Below the pieces are notes generated by a model. It saw only the letters and a list, made by a program, of their open reading frames with translations. It did no database searches and had not been told where the DNA came from. A DNA stretch of 61,442 bases, filler included. It is 11 parts of 11 records of this genome, joined end to end, with 100 filler letters (N's around TTAATTAATTAA, not from the genome) between each part and the next. Parts side by side here need not be neighbours in the genome. Positions count along the whole stretch, not along the records: positions 53,395 to 61,442 come from SRR7504441_16173; 10 more parts are not named here. One strand, 5' to 3'. Of the stretch, positions 58,214 to 61,442 are shown in pieces. Positions within the stretch are counted from its first letter, which is position 1. Every line of letters begins with the position of its first letter. The translations under genes were made by a program, and so were the position numbers.

Positions 58214-60159
58214 TCACTCGGAGACAATCTTAGCCAGCGCTTGCTCAAAGATCCGCACCTGCCTCCCTGTCGCCCGGCCCGACCTCCGCTCGGCACCGTC
58301 TTGTCCACGTCCAGCAGCTTGTCCAGTCCGAACAATCCGATACGGAAAGTGGGCGGCCCACCTTCGCCCCAAGGCTCGTCTATCTTGAGTGGGACGCCGG
58401 TCGCAATCTGGATCCCGTGCTGCTTAAACTTGCCGGCCAGCCCGCGATCGTTCTCCGATCTGAAGTAGCTCACCACAACGGTCGGCGACTGGTGCGCCAG
58501 AGTGAGCACGGCCAGAGTGCGCTGGGGAGACCTTGTTGCCCTCAGCCGCCACGCTCTTGAATCCGTTGCTCTCCAGCAGCGCTCGCACCCTGCCGCCACT
58601 CAGCGACTAGCTCCAGTTGGTAAAACAGCCGAGTCCTGATAATATAAGATAGTACTTATTGTATGCTGACAGCCTAAGTGTGTGAGACCTGCTCCCGAGC
58701 TCAATTGTCTTTTGCTCGAGCATATCCAGACCATGCGACCTGCCCCCTATCAGCCCGTTGGGGTGACAATCCCGCACTTGGTCTCCATGATGACGTCCCT
58801 GAATGTGATCAGCGCGTCAGTTGGCAGCGTGGTGTGATACATAAATCCTCCCGGGGCCGCATACCTGCACAGCCACGACTCACCCCCTGACCACCCGGGC
58901 AGTGGCGCACTTGTCGGCCACCAGGCTCCACTTGGCCAGGTTGCAGCAGAACGAGTGCCCCCTGTTAGGGTATCCAGGGTGCTTATCAGAGGCCGGGTAG
59001 CTCGAAGCTGCCATGATCGCCTTCGCTCGGGCAGTCATCATCGCGATCCCCACAGAGGCTGGGCTGGTCCAGCTGCCGGCCCCGTCAGCCCAGCCCGGCC
59101 GGCCCGGCGCACCCCTTCTGCGGGGCGGTGATCAGCACGTCCACCTGCAGCTCGACTCAGCCAGATGAGCGGCTGTTGCGCACTAACCCCGAGGTCCTGC
59201 ATCGGAGTCCAGACGTTGCCGCTCGCAATGCAGTCCAGCACGAAGATAGCGTCCTCGTCACCTGTCGGGGCTCAGACCGCCCAGCCGGGACAGGCGCCTT
59301 CGTGCGTGGCGGCCGCGATAGCCTTGATGTACTCGTCAGTCACAATCATGCCGGCGGAGGTCTCCACATGCGGGCAGAACACCACAGCTGGCTTGTGCTC
59401 TCGGATCTGGGCAACCACCTGGCACAGGCTGGCCGCTGGCCGGGCCTGGTGCGCGCCTCGTCCACGGACGGGGGCGCAATCCCGGGCCGGTTGCCTGGCT
59501 CAACCGGGGCAGCCTTGATCACCTGACTGCCGATGAGCTTGGGCGGGCGGCGGGTGCGGCACCTTGAGCTCCGGAGAGCGGTCCATCTCGACCGGGTAGA
59601 TCCAGTCCCAGATGTCTGCCGTCGGGCTCAGACCGGCCCGGCCCGGGCGTACCGGTCCAGCGGAACGAGAAGAAGCCGTTCCGTACCACCAGGCACGGCT
59701 TGTAGTTGGGCTCCGTCTTGTACCGTGCGAACTGCACCGGGTGAGCCATCGCCAGCCGGGCCAGCCCACCTGGCCGGCCACGGCTTCCATCGCGTAGCTC
59801 CCGCTCCCGGGGATCATGACGCAGTGATCGGCCTGGTAGACTGCGCACAGCTCGGCCGAGATGTCCTTGAATGCCTGGGAGAAGCTGGCCCCTCCGCTGG
59901 CCGGGGGCGGGCCATGCGGGGTGCCTGGCGGCCATCAGGTTCTTGGCCCGGTCGGTATAGATCACGCTGCCCGGGCTCGCAGCCCTCGGGCCGGGGCCGG
60001 GCACCTGTACTCGAGCAGCTCGTCGTCCTCGTCCTCCGTCACCGGGGCGGGGGCCGGGGCGGGGGCCGGGCGGGTGGCCTCGAGCTCGTCGAGCCGGCGG
60101 TTGATCAGGTCGATCGCGGTGTCCCCGGGGATGTCGCGCGGAAATGAGGGTTGCATCAT
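58214..60159 (-). CDS. Class V PLP aminotransferase (serine-pyruvate/alanine-glyoxylate type), 14 introns
   Basis: LLEYSVIYTDRA, IPGSGSYAMEAVA, HVETSAG, VLDCIASG, TAPQKGW (PLP Lys), YHTTLPTD, FRIGLFGLDKL; splices in frame to TGA at 58214. Confidence 0.9.
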
Positions 60160-60282
60160 GTCTCTCGGATTGCTCGAAGGTCGTCTTCGGGCCGGGCTTC
60201 CGTTGGAAACTCAAGGGCCCAAATGCGGAGGGTACGGGTGCTGAGTCGGTGCCGACAGTAGGGGGCACTGGGCGCAGAGGCG

Positions 60283-61362
60283 ATGGCTGAAACGGTGGAC
60301 CCGGACGAGTTCGCTGCCGCGGTGATGCGCGGCGCTGACAACTTCCGTCGCAACGACCAGCTCTCGATGATTGAACTAGAGAGCTTTCTCCGCGGGCACG
60401 CCGAGCCCCGGTTCCGCCAGTTTTACGCATTCCTTGCCGCTGGCAAGCAGTCGGCGTTCAAGCAGTACGACCTGGACAGCTCAGGCGACCTGGGGATGCC
60501 TGAGCTGCGCGCACTCTGCCGCAGCTGGCTGGGATTGCCTCCACTGAGCTCAGCACCAGAGCAGGCACCGGTGGCTGCAGCCAAACGCACCAAGGCCGCC
60601 AAGGCCCAGCAGCAACAGAAGACACTGCTGCAGGCGGCCACAGGCTCAACAGGGATAGCGGCCCGCCAGGCGGCAATGTCTCCCAAGGAGTTTGCGCTGG
60701 CGGTGATGCGGGGCGCCGACAAGTTCAATAAGAACAACCAATGTTCGATGGTTGAGCTACAATCGTTCCTTAAGATGCACTCCGAGCCGCTCTTCTCCGA
60801 GTTTTGGGTCTTCTGCACTCAGGTGCGAGGGCGCAACCAGCGTGCGCGGGGGAGCGGTGGCCTGCAGGGGTCCGGGAGGACAACGAAGTTCAAACTTTTT
60901 GACGCTGATCGCTCCGGTGATCTCGGACTGGACGAGCTGGAGGCCTTGGCCATCGAGTACCTCGAGCCCCGGGAGCAAATCACAATGAGCCCAGAGGTGC
61001 GCCGAATCGCCCTGTCCTTTAACTCAAGGCTCGGTTAGGTGCTCGCTTGGGAAAAGTCGTTGCAAAACGTTGCCACTCGGTTTCCGACGGACGCTCAGAT
61101 GTATGCAGCGAAGGCTGAGCTGGCAGCGCGAAGTGTTCCCTACGTGCGCACAATGCAACCTCATCGCCATAGAAGTGCAAGCAAGTCCCATCAGGCAGTT
61201 GATAATCGGTCCAAACGATACCATCTCACCAATCAAGAGCACGACACCTACGAGGCTTTTGTGAGGATTGTAGCTTCACTGGACCGAAGCGTAATGGCAG
61301 AATTTGTCGACGACGCACTCAAGGACGCCCAGGACCAGCGCTTGCTGTTGCAATATGGCTAG
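60283..61362 (+). CDS. Protein with a duplicated EF-hand-pair module
   Basis: Two copies of EFA.AVMRGAD.F..N.Q.SM.EL.SFL..H.EP.F..F...F..[YF]D.D.SGDLG..EL; 3' end may extend further. Confidence 0.7.
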
Positions 61363-61442
61363 GACCTTGTTGGCTTATATTTAGAGCTCTTACGTGTAAT
61401 GCCGCCCGAGCAGCCCACAATTGAATGATAATGCTTCATTGA

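Overview
This is eukaryotic DNA from a GC-rich, very compact protist genome; I cannot assign the taxon. The window is 11 short contigs joined by artificial 100-nt spacers (44 N + TTAATTAATTAA + 44 N), so adjacency across spacers means nothing. Most six-frame ORFs are exon fragments or antisense noise: genes are cut by many ~35-50 nt spliceosomal introns, many with GC donors. Splicing by hand gives about 27 genes, including CDC5/Cef1, LEO1, an SHPRH-like SNF2 helicase, CorA, an aldo-keto reductase, a class V aminotransferase and WDR47. The strongest signal is the WDR47 gene, which is scrambled: three coding blocks lie out of order on both strands, joined by 3-4 bp microhomologies, and two overlapping inversions restore an intact gene with no sequence lost. 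Other notable items are a Lipase_3-SLOG-like fusion, a TIR-ARM protein, a macrodomain-like/RLPH phosphatase fusion, and a glucosidase II beta/calnexin P-arm-like hybrid ending in HKEL. Nine gene pairs are arranged head-to-head with very short spacing, and some introns carry repeat-flanked insertions. Domain calls come from recognising motifs by eye; no searches were run.
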